Below are positions 51,794 through 63,570 of a stretch of 64,000 bases of DNA, piece after piece. Each line of letters begins with the position of its first letter. Positions within the stretch are counted from its first letter, which is position 1. Position numbers and translations under genes: made by a program. Source of the DNA: Eledone cirrhosa (taxonomy: Eukaryota); NCBI GenBank assembly GCA_964016885.1, contig OZ024742.1:358050001-358114000 (forward strand), in the 5' to 3' direction. The notes beneath the pieces were generated by a model that was not told where the DNA came from, did not search any database, and saw nothing but the letters and a program-made list of their open reading frames with translations.

Positions 51794-52422
51794 AATAAAT
51801 ATGCATATGTATATATGTGTGTGTATATAATATGAATACACTTTTACTCTTTTACTTGTTTCAGCCATCCAGCTGAGGCCATACTGGTGTAGCGCCATTG
51901 TTGTTAAATATTCTATATCCAGCCTGTGTGTATATATGTGTGTGTGTGTATATATCTATGTGTGTATATATATATGTAGCAGATAGAGAGGTTATGTTCA
52001 GTTCTATTGGTACAAATTATTCATCTTTCTGCTGCTCTGATGTAATAACACGCAAAATATTTTATTCATTAATGCAAATCAAAACACTCAATGATCAATA
52101 AACAATATTGTCATTAATGTTAAAGTTAGTAGTAAAATATTAGGAAAGGTGTGAATTAGCTACAAACAATATATGGATTCCTGGGAATCGATTTAAACAA
52201 TTTCAAAGCAATAATATTGGTGATAAAATGTGGCAGTGTGACATTTTAGTAAGTTTACAACCATAGCAAAAGCAATGAGAGAAACGTACCTGTCAGTTCC
52301 ACACTATTGATGCTTTTATAGCCATATAACAGCTACTTATAGTAAGGTGTGTCATAATATTGAAAGCTAAAGTTTCTTTGTCATCGTCACAGATGTACAA
52401 AACTTGTTAAAATCTTAAAAAC

Positions 52423-52462
<40 letters not shown>

Positions 52463-52472
52463 GTATGTATAT

Positions 52473-52766
52473 ATTTGGTGTGGGATGCTTAAAGCATCCG
52501 TATGCGGTAGGCCGTTTGAGCACTCGATGCTTTTATAGAGCAGAGTATAATATCACATAAGAAACGGAGAATCAGTGGTGCGACAAATTAAAATTCATTA
52601 GACATATTACAATCGTTTCTCTGGCGACCTGCTCGAGGCATGATCAATGCAATGATCGAACTCGACTCTGAAATCGCATGATCCTCAGATACGTCTCGAT
52701 TCTTCGAAGCAGATTTTCCAAATTTTAATTCTTCGCACCACTGATTCTCCGTTTCTTATGCGATAT
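52473..52766 (-). mobile_element. Fold-back hammerhead mini-element (46-bp inverted arms + ~75-bp extension)
   Basis: 52550-52595 inverted at 52721-52766; hammerhead between the arms; (TATC)n flanks. Confidence 0.8.
52600..52696 (-). ncRNA. Type I hammerhead ribozyme with long stem II
   Basis: Minus strand AGACGTAT CTGAGGA [TC..GCGATTT..CGAG..GATCA loop TGATC..CTCG..AGGTCGC..GA] GAAA C gatt G TA ATATGTCT; 8-bp stem I, GUA site. Confidence 0.82.
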
Positions 52767-52991
52767 CTATCTTTATCTATCTCTGGGATGGACACACGCG
52801 TGAAACTTGCTGGGTAAGTTTTGTCTAAATTTCTATAGAAATTCCTAACTGTAAACCTTCATTTTTACACCAATTTGTAGAGGGACCGCCAGGTCAAATT
52901 TTGATCTGGTCAGTCTCTCAAAATATTCTACCCTTTTAGGCGAAATAGTACATAAACAGTTTTTTTTTTGAAAAGCTAACATTTTTAAAAA

Positions 52992-53654
52992 ATGGCTGAA
53001 GTTTCTTCACCAACATTCGAAGGAGGAAAGGGGAAGATATGCTCACAGCTTCCCCCTGCCACTGGTATAGTAGCAGATGTCAAAGACAAAGGTCAGCCAG
53101 AGGTAGAATTTTCTCCACTTGCTGACCGACAACTTGACGTTGCCATAGCAACAAATCAAAACAACAACAACAACAATAACGACAACAATGATGACAACAA
53201 CAACAACAGCAACAATGAAGACAACAACACCAACAGCAGCAACAATAATGACAACAACACCAACAAGAACAACTCCACAAACAAGAAAAAAAAGCTTTCG
53301 TTTGCACAAACAGTCCAAAATACAGAACTATATACACAGATTGACATCTCTAATGCTGGAGAATTGCTAAGAGATGCCAAGCAATATATAACTTTTGGGG
53401 AGGATGGCGCTTTTAGCATCACTTCTCCCCAAGAATTGCGTAGAGACACTGTCCTGAAAACCAGAGTTTTTAGGACAATCTCAAATACCACCAGAAAACC
53501 AGCTCAATTAACTCAAAACGAAATTGAGCTGGTTCTAAGAAACTCCATGAAGGGAAAACTCTTCGGGAGTTTATCAATAATAATGAAAGACCAATTGACG
53601 GCACAGAAATATTCTGTGTCGCAATTGATGAGGGAGAGCCTTTCATACCAGTAA
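52992..53654 (+). pseudogene. Putative ORF1 of the Tx1-like LINE (truncated or frameshifted) with Asn-rich tract
   Basis: Position upstream of ORF2; KLSFAQTV motif; (AAC)n tract; no intact zinc knuckle seen. Confidence 0.65.
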
Positions 53655-54128
53655 AAAGAAAAAAAGAAAAGATATAACACAAACAAAAATGCAACAAACA
53701 CGGAAACACCAATACAAGCGACGCAAACAGTACAAACAAAAACACCCCCTCCTAAAAACAAAACACCTACTACAAAACGTTAACACACACAAGAACCACA
53801 GAAAAAAAGCAACACAACACAACAAAAATGTTACACCTACATAAATACTAACAATATCACTTTAACAGACAACATATATAAAAACCCTTCGGTGGAGACC
53901 GAAGGGAAAACTTTTACACACTCTGCGAAGAATCCTAATCTTAAAATGATTAGCATCTCCATGGACACACATAAACAGTTAAAAGAAAACATTCCTAACG
54001 ACGTAGGTAACCCTTGCGTCAAACCCTATAACCGCGTCCTTTTGAAATGGAAATTGTGCAGCCTGGTCCCCAGGAGACGAAGAAGTGAGTGATTTCTTTT
54101 CCTCTTCTTTTAACTTTTCAGCACCAAC

Positions 54129-57100
54129 ATGGCCAATATAAGAGTTGGGTGTGTGAATGTACGCGGCCTGGGGATGCCCTGGAAACTGGGCAAACTGTTA
54201 AACGACCTCAGGTCGCACAGTTTGGATGTAGTAGCCATTTGCGAGTCCAGGATCCACAGCGAGCGACAACTGGCCCCCATCTTCGATGAATTTGAGATCT
54301 ACGCATCTCTCTGTCAGCCGGGAGGTGGGCATGGGGTTGCCGTTTTGCTGCGGAAACACCTGGACCTCGTAACACAGACGGTACATCTGGATCCGGAGGG
54401 TCGACTGGTGGTCCTAGATGTTGACAGTAGTGAAGGTGGGGCCTTCAGGCTGGTGGCCGCATATGCCCCATCCGGGACACCGCGGCCAAACTTCTTCAAA
54501 CGTCTAGAGACTTTTCTGGGAACGTCCCGCTCCCTGCTGTTAGTGGGGAACTGGAATGGAATCCTAGATGCACGTTGGGACTATGTGGGAGCATGTCCAG
54601 ATAGAGGGGGGTGTAACAGCTTCAAACAGTTAATCTGCCGATTTGACCTGGCCGATAGATATCGACTAAATTTTCTGACTGTGCCACTATGGACGTGGAC
54701 TAATCCCAGCGGAACATCTAGATCGTACCTAGATAGGGTTCTGGTTAGAAAGAAGGATAGGGACATGTTAAGCTGTCCGCAAATGTTCATGGTTGCCTAT
54801 TCAGATCACAAATTAGTGAACTGCTTAGTCAACCTTGACAAAACCCATAGACAGCGACCCGGCTACTGGAAGCTGAACTTGTCGTTACCGACATGCAAAG
54901 CCTACAGTAGACAGATTAGCACTTTAGTTAAGCAGCACTTGACGGTGGGCCATTGTCAACAACAGATGGTGGTACTCTCTCAAGAGGGCAGTTAGATTAG
55001 ACTCGATAGGTTTTAATAAAGAATTAGTGTTTGATAGAAATATGACCGAAATGGAACTGGTAGATAATGTAGAAGAGGCACTTAGGAGTGGCAACGTAGC
55101 CAGCAACGTAGCCAGCGTGCTAGCGACGAGAACGCCCTTGGACCAGTTCTTCGACGCAAAGCATGAAGGCTGCGTTGTCAGAAGCAAAATACGTGCTCTG
55201 GGAAACGAGGGAGCTAAAGCTGTTAGCTGGGCCCGGGTGATGGAGGCGAAAAGTGGCAACAAGTCCACGATTCGGTCTTTGAAGGACCAAGACGGACGCG
55301 TGATACGTGAGCCGAAGCAAATGTGCACGGCTTTTCAGCGGCACTTTGCTCAACTGTTCGGGGTAGGGCGGCGCGCCGGGAGGGGCTATGGATTTCGGTT
55401 CATACCTCGACGGCCTACCGTGACTCTCGGACAGCGAGGCGAAGTTCTGCGAAAGGCCGATTTCGGACGCTGAGATAGGGGACGCGCTGAGCCAATGCGG
55501 CAAACGCAAATCTCCAGGTCTCGACGGTCTACCCTACGAATTTTACGTAGCAATGCCTGAATTGTTCTTCTATCTTCTGGAAGCGGTCTACTGCAACTGG
55601 CGGCAGAACGGGATAATTCCTAGTTCTGTGACCAAGGGCGTAATCACGTTGGTCAGGAAGGACGAGAACAAGGAGGATGACGTAGGCAACTTCCGGCCCA
55701 TAACTCTGCTCAACACAGAGTTACAGATTTTGGCCAAGGTGTTCAAAAAGAGACTGGCGCTTGTCGTCGAAAACCTGGTGGGAGAAGCGCAGACATGCGA
55801 AATCCCGACCAGGTCCATACACGACAACCTCCACCTCATGCGATACATCATAGAGAGGGTAGGGTGTAAACCCGGCTTCGGCGGGGTCCTGATCAACTTG
55901 GATCAGTCTAAGGCTTTCGATAGGGTTGACCATCGTTACCTGGATGCGGTGCTCGAGTCGGAAGGCTTCGGTCCCGTGTTCGGGGGCTGGATTTCTGCAA
56001 TGCACAACAGCAACATCTGCTCAAGGGTCAAGGTGAACGGCTACCTCTCAGAGATGTTCCATATCACGCGATCCATCCAACAGGGATGCCCTCTCTCCTC
56101 CCTTCTGTACGTACTGAGCCACTACTGCGGAAGTTGGAGCTATTGTAGGGCATCCCTTTGGAACCGGGACTGCGAAAAGCAGCGTCGGCATATGCCGACG
56201 ACGTGACAGTAATGGTGTCGAGCACCTAGCAAATCGGGGAGATTGGCACCTTACTGAAGGAATACAAAAGGTTCACAGGACCGAAGCTGAACCGGGACAA
56301 ATCCGTCGTTTTGAAACTCGGAACGTGGAGAGGCAAACCGATGTCTTCCTATGACGTCGTCGGACGCTGGACGGAAGGACCGGTAAAGATGCTCGGGGTC
56401 TGGTTTGGTCCTGACCTCCAGGTGGAGAAGAACTGGAACGAGGTGACGGCCAAGGTGTTTGTGCTCACCCAGAAGTGGGCCGAGTGCAAACTATCCTTGA
56501 AAGGTCGAGCGGAGGTGCTAAACACATTTATAGCGTCCGTCATCTACTACCGCTTGACCAGCCAAAACGTTCACCAAAATGGAGCGGGCGCTCTTCCAAT
56601 TCCTTTGGAAGAAACGGGCTCCTTTGGTGAGAAGATCCATCTGCTGCCAACACCCTTCAAACGGAGGGCTAGGAATGCCGTGGCTGACGATGCGGAAACA
56701 CGCGCTCAGGCTGCGGCACCTACACGTATTCCTCACCAGACAACCGGTGCGGGCCCCGTTCGTGAGGTGAGCCTTCCCGCGACTCGTCTCGCTGACCGAG
56801 CTGCAGTCCTGGGTCAAGCAAAGACCGAGGAAAATGGGCGACTGGCACATCGAATGTGCTCAGGCGCTCACAGTCCTCTGGCAAACAGACCCGGCGATCA
56901 GTGGAGACTCCACTTCGACATTCTATAGAGGGTTAGTCCGCTGCAAGTGCGACGACACGCTCGGAGAAACTCTAGGCGTAGAGGAGGACGAACTGGCCAG
57001 TCTGTTCAGTAGGACCTTCCGCCCGGGACCAATGGACAACTTCCAAAAATACCTTGCCTGGCAGTGCTACCGAGGAGCTCTACAAGTTCGAGACAAGCTC

Positions 57101-57557
57101 TACAAACACGGGGATCCGGGCAGGGACCCTCGCGAAAGATCTGTCCGAGATGCGTGCGCGACGAGGAAACCGTCGCACTTGCATTTGTACACTGCCCAGG
57201 CGTTACCGACCTGTGGGGCTATATAGAACGACTATTGTCGCGGGTGGGACCAATCCAGTTGACCACCGAGTCCATTGTCATGATCAAACCGCCACCCTCC
57301 ATCAAAAACGAGGGAGAGGCAGTTTTCCTGTGTGTTATGGCTATGGTAAAAGTGTTATATGGTAGACGAGGTTAAAAGGGCTGAGGTCAGACACCTTTCT
57401 CTCCGGCGAACAACTGATTCGTTTTTTCAAATATCATTTTGGAAGAAGAATGAGGATGGAGAGAGAGGTGCTGTACTCCAGCAAATTTTATAAAAGGTGG
57501 GTGAATGTGGCAAAGTTGGCCCGAGTGGTTGGGCCTTCTCTCTATATAAGCCTGTAG
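54129..57557 (+). pseudogene. ORF2: apurinic-like endonuclease + reverse transcriptase, multiple frameshifts
   Basis: NVRGL, ICES, AYAP, SYLDRV, SDH; KSPGLDGLP; NFRPITLLN, DQSKAFDRVDH, QGCPLS, AYADD (~56190); CPRC..ETV. Confidence 0.92.
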
Positions 57558-58054
57558 GTTGAGGAAAAAGCGGAAGAGAGGAAGGGAGTACTCACTCTTG
57601 GTGCTCCTGTTGATGAGGGTTGTACATTTTTTCGGGGTCTGTAAACCCCCTGTGTAACACCTCCCCCCTATTGGGGATTTCAATTGTTATTTGTTATTGT
57701 ATTAATAGTTTTATTTTCATATACGTGTATGTAAACTCCCCATTTGTATTTGTCCCCTCCTTTTGTGCCTTTGTGGCTAATAAAAAAATTATCTATCTAT
57801 CTATCTGTCTATATATATATTTTTTTCCTTTTACTTTATTATTATAAGGTTTAACTATCGTTATATGCTTTATTTGTTTATGTGCGCCCTCACGTGCTTC
57901 CGCCTCTTGTGAAAAAATTTGCCTGTACCCTCGGATGTAGCTGTAATGTTAAATAACAACATTATGCATTCTCGCCATACTTCCCATTTCCGATCTCCCT
58001 CTTGTTACCCTCTAATGTATTTCTAATGTTCATGTGCCTAAGCTTGGTAGAGCT

Positions 58055-58151
58055 TATACTCAGCACTATATTTTTGTTTATATAGCTCTGATGAATCCTT
58101 CCCCATGGTATGGATGAAACATTGTCAGCAAATAAAAATGGTATGAGTATA
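58055..58151 (+). ncRNA. Type I hammerhead ribozyme with extended stem I (probable PLE pLTR remnant ~57830-58175)
   Basis: GCT CTGATGA ATCC..GGAT GAAA C att G TC AGC; stem I extends via TTTTTGTTT/AAATAAAAA and TATACTCA/TGAGTATA; GUC site. Confidence 0.85.
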
Positions 58152-58186
58152 TAGGCGTTCTTTGATTTCTTTTACATATATATATA

Positions 58187-59975
58187 TCATCATCATCATC
58201 ATCATCACCGTTTTACGTCCGTTCTTCCATGCTAGCATGGGTTAGACGGGTTGTCCAGTTGTGGGCACTGTCTGGTCGGCTGACCATGCCTTGCTCATAC
58301 AGGAACTGATTTTGGCTTGATTTCTACAGCTGGATGCCCTTCTTAACATCAACCTCATTTACAGTGAGTGCTGGGTGCTTTTTCCCGTGGTGCCTACACA
58401 TCCACGTTACAGTGTGGGCTGGGTGCTTTTTGCAGTGGCACCTCCACGACCACCTTGCAGAGGGAGGGTGTGTAGGCATATTGTCTATATGCTTTAGCTT
58501 GTACCCATGGGAGGTCGGGTACTCTGCATTACTGTGTGATGCTAGAGGTCACAGTCATGTGTCATCGCCTTTGAGAGGTGTAATTGGGTAAGGTCGGCTT
58601 TTATCATCTCATCACAGGTCTTCTTGGGTCTCCCCACTCCGCGGTTTCCATTGACTTCTAGTGCTCTGTACCTTTTTATGCAGCTGTCATCCTTCATACG
58701 CATCACATGTCCATACCACCCAACCGCCTCTCCTGCACACAGCATTTGATTCCTCTTATGCTCAGTCTCTCTCTCAATTCATTTAGGCTTTGCCGTTCGC
58801 GTATATTACTATTACACATTCCTCGGAGCATGCAGGCTTCGTTTCTTTCTAATCTACGTAAGTATTCCCCCTTCAGCGCCCAGGTCTCACTACCATGTAA
58901 CATTGCTGTTCGGATACACGCATCATTTTGAGGGAGAAGCCTTTTGCAGCTAGCAGTGGCAGTAGTTCCCTGAACTTCTTCCATCCCATTCTTACCCTAG
59001 TTATTGTACTTTCTGAACATCCACCTCTGCTGCTAATTCGGTCACTTAGGTAGCAGAAGCTCTCTACTGTTTCTACAGAGCCCTCCCAGAGATTGGTGGT
59101 AGTGGTTTCCTGTGGCTGTTTGCTGCATGCTGTCCCAGCACGGCTGCTACATGTGAAGCCTACATTCTTAATTAAGCTTCCTGAGATCCCACTACATCTC
59201 TTGTGTACCCATTGTTTGCATTTGGGGCAGAGAATGTAGTTCCTAACTACACCTTTCCTACATACTGAGCAAGGCCATTTCCCTGAGGGGATCTGGGTTC
59301 TGTTTTCTCGTCTACTTACAAGGACCTTAGTCTTTGTCAGGGTGACTTTGAGACCCTTTCTTTCTAGTCCCTGCTTCCAAGTTTGGAATTTCTTCCCTAG
59401 TTCTACCATAGATTCAGCTATAAGTTCGAGGTCATCTGGATACAGGATTTCCCGTGGGCATTCGGTCTTAAACTCCTCCGTTATTGCCTGCAGGACTATG
59501 ATGAACAGGAGAGGGCTAAGAACAGAGCCCTGGTGGACATCAACCTGTACGCTAAATTCCTCGCTATACTCATTGCTAATCCTAACTTTGCTGACTGCTC
59601 CCCTATACATGGCTTGTACAGCTTTCACAAGCCATTCATCTACTCCTAGTTTTCTAAGAGCCCACCAGATTATAGCACGTGAACTCTGTCAAAGGCTTTC
59701 TCGAGATCGACGAATGCCAGGTAGAGTGGCTTACTTTTAGCTAGGTACTTTTCCTGTAACTGCCTCACAAGGAAGAGGGCATCAGTGGTGCCTATTCCTA
59801 GTACAAACGCAAATTTCATCTCATCTAGTTTCACCCGGTCCCTAATCAACTGTGCTATAATTCTTTCTGTTACTTTCATGACCTGGTCCATCAGCTTTAT
59901 ACCTCTATAGTTTCCTCTATCTACTGCATCACCTTTACCTTTGTAGCAGTTGACAATGATGCTACTGCACCAATC
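58187..59975 (-). mobile_element. RTE LINE, 5'-truncated, frameshifted (sister subfamily of the 36.4 kb copy)
   Basis: DWCSSIIVNCYKGKGDA..NYRGIKL, VHQGSVLSPLLF, YPDD (mutated YADD), 3' UTR and (TGA)n. Confidence 0.93.
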
Positions 59976-60085
59976 TTTTATATACATATATTTATTTATA
60001 TATAGATATATTTCTTTATTTATATATATATAGATAGATAAAGTAGAATTGAAGTCTGTGTAGCAGCATATGTACAAATTTTATT

Positions 60086-60177
60086 GGCGTTTTACAATTG
60101 TTTCTATATGAATCAGCTCAGGGTACAATCATAATGACTGAGGCCTGATTCTTCTTCGACATCTCCTCAGATATGTG
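60086..60177 (-). ncRNA. Decayed long-stem-II hammerhead
   Basis: Minus strand CATAT CTGAGGA..GAATCAG..CTCAG..CTGAG CTGATTC..GAAA CAATTG TA; stem I eroded. Confidence 0.55.
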
Positions 60178-60379
60178 AGTTTATATATGCAAACCAACAC
60201 ATCTAAACTGGAATACAGCCCAACACAAGATGAACTTCGTAAAAGCATTAGGTTCTTCGAACAGCATGCCAGCTGTAACTGTAGGTACACACCTCACATA
60301 AATATATATGTATTTATATATTACTGTATTACCTGTTCCACCAGACAGTCTGTGGCACTGTGATTGCTACATTTTCTAA

Positions 60380-61223
60380 AGTCAGCCTTCCATGATTTGC
60401 CATTGATGCCACAGGGAGTTTGTTGCTGCCCTTATTTGCTCTTCACTTCGTGCTGTGTGTTCATCCGGGATCTTGGTTAGCAGAATGTCAAGATGTTTCT
60501 TGAAAAGATTTACATGCACACCACGGGAACTTTGGCTCTACACAGTAGCATCCTGCTTGTAAGCTGGTCCGGCCCTCAATACTGAAGTTTGGTGCTAACC
60601 CTTCTGAGGTCTTTCGTATGTATATCTCTGCATATCTCTCCCGACTTCACTCCAGTGAGCAAAACTTTAGATTTGTTAGCCTCTCCCAGTAGCCCATCGT
60701 TTATTGAGGCAATCCTCTAGGATTGATTCAAGTTTTGTGGTTATTTTGACATTGTAGGGTGACCATAGCTGAGAGCAATATTCCAGTCACCTGGGAATGA
60801 AAGTCTTCTCGAGGACCAACTTGGTTTCTGGGTCTTTTGTCTTGAAAGCCTTCAGAATACAACCCACTGATCATCTGCACATTGCTGTCATTTTGGTGAT
60901 GTGTACACAAAACGACGCATCATCGGTCATGTCAATATTGAGGCCCTGAAATGGTTTTGACTTCCAGATTTTGATTCCTCCTGGTCCAGTGTACCTTTGC
61001 TCTAGTGGCCCTGCGTTTGTGAATTGATAGTGGAGGGCTTGAAATTTACTTGCAATAAGTTGCATATTTTATTCTTCAACCTGTTTGTATATGCATCTAA
61101 ACTGTGTTGGAAGAAAGTAGCATCAGCCAGTTTCTTAATTGCCTGTACTACTTTCATGTCATCAGCATAGGTTGTGAGGGTGGCTGTCTTTATTACAGAA
61201 GGCATGTCTGAGAGAGCCACCAC
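60380..61223 (-). mobile_element. Decayed CR1-superclade LINE RT 3' half
   Basis: DMPSVIKTATLTTYADDMKV, LEYCSQLWSP, WERLTNL, FKKHLDILLTKIPD..RAATNSL. Confidence 0.85.
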
Positions 61224-61649
61224 ATTTCAAAAGAAATCATCAGGACGTTTCTAATCATTTACTATGAATGAAACTGTTCTGGTCCTGTAGAAGTCATTTC
61301 TATATATATATATATATATGTACACATATACACATACATACAGGAAAAATAAATATAAAATTTTCAAGTTACAGTTAAAGATTTTTATATATTCATGCAC
61401 ATTTACAGTTGAAAAATAATTAGTTTATGCAACAAAATAAATTGTAGTTTATACATGATGGTCTTGTAAACATTTTTTCTTTACAAAATGTCACAAGGTA
61501 TTAGTCAACTCAAGGTTAAATTACAAGAGATTTGTCCCAGAACTACCCAGTGGGACGGGATCTGAAACTGTGATTGCAAAATAAATTTCTTAACCACACA
61601 CACATGCCTGTGTATGATGTACTTTCTCACTATTTTTACATCAACTAGG

Positions 61650-62037
61650 GCAACAGATTTGCAGTATCAGTAGAACATAGGAGAACTTGCTGTGTAGTAT
61701 AGAATTGCTTCTATTTATGTTCTGAGTTCAAATCCTGCCTTTCATCCTTACAGGATCAATAAAATTAAGTACCAGTAATGCACTGGGGTAGATTTAATTG
61801 ACTTTCCCCTCCCCCAATATTGTTGGCTTTGTGCCTAAATCAGAAATCATTGGATTGGTAGTATTGGTAGAGAGTCGGACGCCATGCTTTCCAGCATAGT
61901 TACGTCCCTTTACGGTCTGAGTTCAAATCCCGCCGAGGTTAACTTTGCCTTTCATCCTTACGAGGTCGATAAAATAAAGTACCAGTAATGCACTGGAATA
62001 ATTGCTGGCCTTGTGCCTAAAGTAGAAACAATTATTA
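61650..62037 (+). mobile_element. SINE family A dimer
   Basis: Older diverged unit followed directly by a younger unit. Confidence 0.85.
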
Positions 62038-62754
62038 GTACATCAACTGACTCATTTTCAAGACATTGCCATACAAATTTCCTGCCACATATACTAAGCA
62101 GTTAACACACACACAGACACACACTCACAGACAGTCAGGCATATTCACTCATGCACACTCATACACACTCACACACACACTCATATATAATATTCAGGTT
62201 TGCACTAAGTGGAAAGTAGCTGTGTAAACCACAATTGTTCTTAATGAAGACATGTTCAGTTTAATAGAGCACTATTACATTTTTCATGAAATGTTAGCAT
62301 TCATGTGAGAAATTAATTTTTTTTTTTTTCCAAACATTTAAAGCCTTGTAGTGTTGAATGTATTGTTTTACAGATATGCATTCAATATGAATAGTATGTT
62401 TCATAATTCAATTGTGTAATTGCCATATAGCTAATTCATGCATATTAAGGACACCGGATTAATGAAAGTGGAAGCAGTTTTAATTAATTTCAAGTAATTT
62501 TGTATTTTTTCTTGGAATTCTTTAATTCTTAAAAGAATATACAAAAAAAAAAAAAAAAAATCGGTGAAGCCAGGAATATTGGGAGGGATACTACTAAATG
62601 GAAATAACATAATTCTCGAAACGTTTGGACCCATCAACCTTTTAATATTTATTTCTAACAAAGGAACATGACCAGAATATTTCATTGGTTAGTGTAGTAT
62701 ATCTTTCAGAAGGATGTGAATGGATTTGTGACATAATTCAGAATGTCCGATAGA

Positions 62755-63160
62755 GTGAAGGCACATATAGTGGTTAGAGCATTGGACTTGTAATCGAAAG
62801 GTTGTGAGTTCAATTCTCGGACCGGGTGATGTGTTGTTTCCTTGAGCAAGACACTTTATTTCACATTGCTTCAGTTTACTCAGCTGTAGAAATGAGATGA
62901 TGGGACTAGGGTCCCTATAATTCCACTGCAAAGTGGTCGTGAAGGTGCCATAGTAAAAAAGCACCCAGCCCACACTGTAAAGTGGACATGTAGACACCAC
63001 TGGGAAAAAAGCCCCCAGCACTCACTGTAAATAAGGTTGGTGTTAGGAAGGGCACCCAGCTGTAGAAATCAAGCCAGAATCAGTTCCCGTATGAGCAAGA
63101 CAAGGTCAGCTGACTGGACACTGCCCACAATAGGACAACCCGTCTAACCCATGCCAGCAT
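62755..63160 (+). mobile_element. SINE family B with long RTE-type tail
   Basis: tRNA-like head with B-box GAGTTCAATTCTC, then RTE 3' UTR sequence. Confidence 0.85.
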
Positions 63161-63329
63161 GGGTTAGACAAGTTGTTCTGTTGAGATAACTCAGATCAGG
63201 TGACCATGTCTTATACAGATATTTTTCTGGCTTGATTTCTATGACTGAATAACCTTCTCAAATGCCAACCATATTTACAGTGTAGTTGATAAATAATTAC
63301 CAGTTTAGTATTGTGGACGATTCTTCTAT

Positions 63330-63570
63330 ATCTCTTTCTCATTGTCTCTCCCTTCTGCTCCCTCTCTCTCTTTCTAATTGTCTCTCTCTTTTACTCTCCC
63401 TCTCTCTTTCTCATTGTCTCTCTCTCTTCCGCTCCCTCTCTCTTTCTCATTGTCTCTCTCTCTTCTGCTCCTTCTCTCTTTCTCATTGTCTCTCTCTTCT
63501 GCTCCCTCTCTCTTTCTCATTGTCTCTCTTTCTTCCGCTCCCTCTCTCTTTCTCATTGTCTCTTTCTTTC
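63330..63570. repeat. ~36-bp pyrimidine-rich minisatellite, ~6-7 copies
   Basis: Unit TCTCTTTCTCATTGTCTCTCTCTTCTGCTCCCTC with variable (TC)n. Confidence 0.93.

Larger units (their letters stand above)
52783..57788 (+). mobile_element. Tx1/L1-superclade LINE, near full length, disrupted
   Basis: 5' UTR, ORF1, ORF2 (APE-RT-C-terminal Cys motif), AATAAAAAAA end, 10-bp TSD TTATCTATCT (52773-52782 / 57789-57798). Confidence 0.9.
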
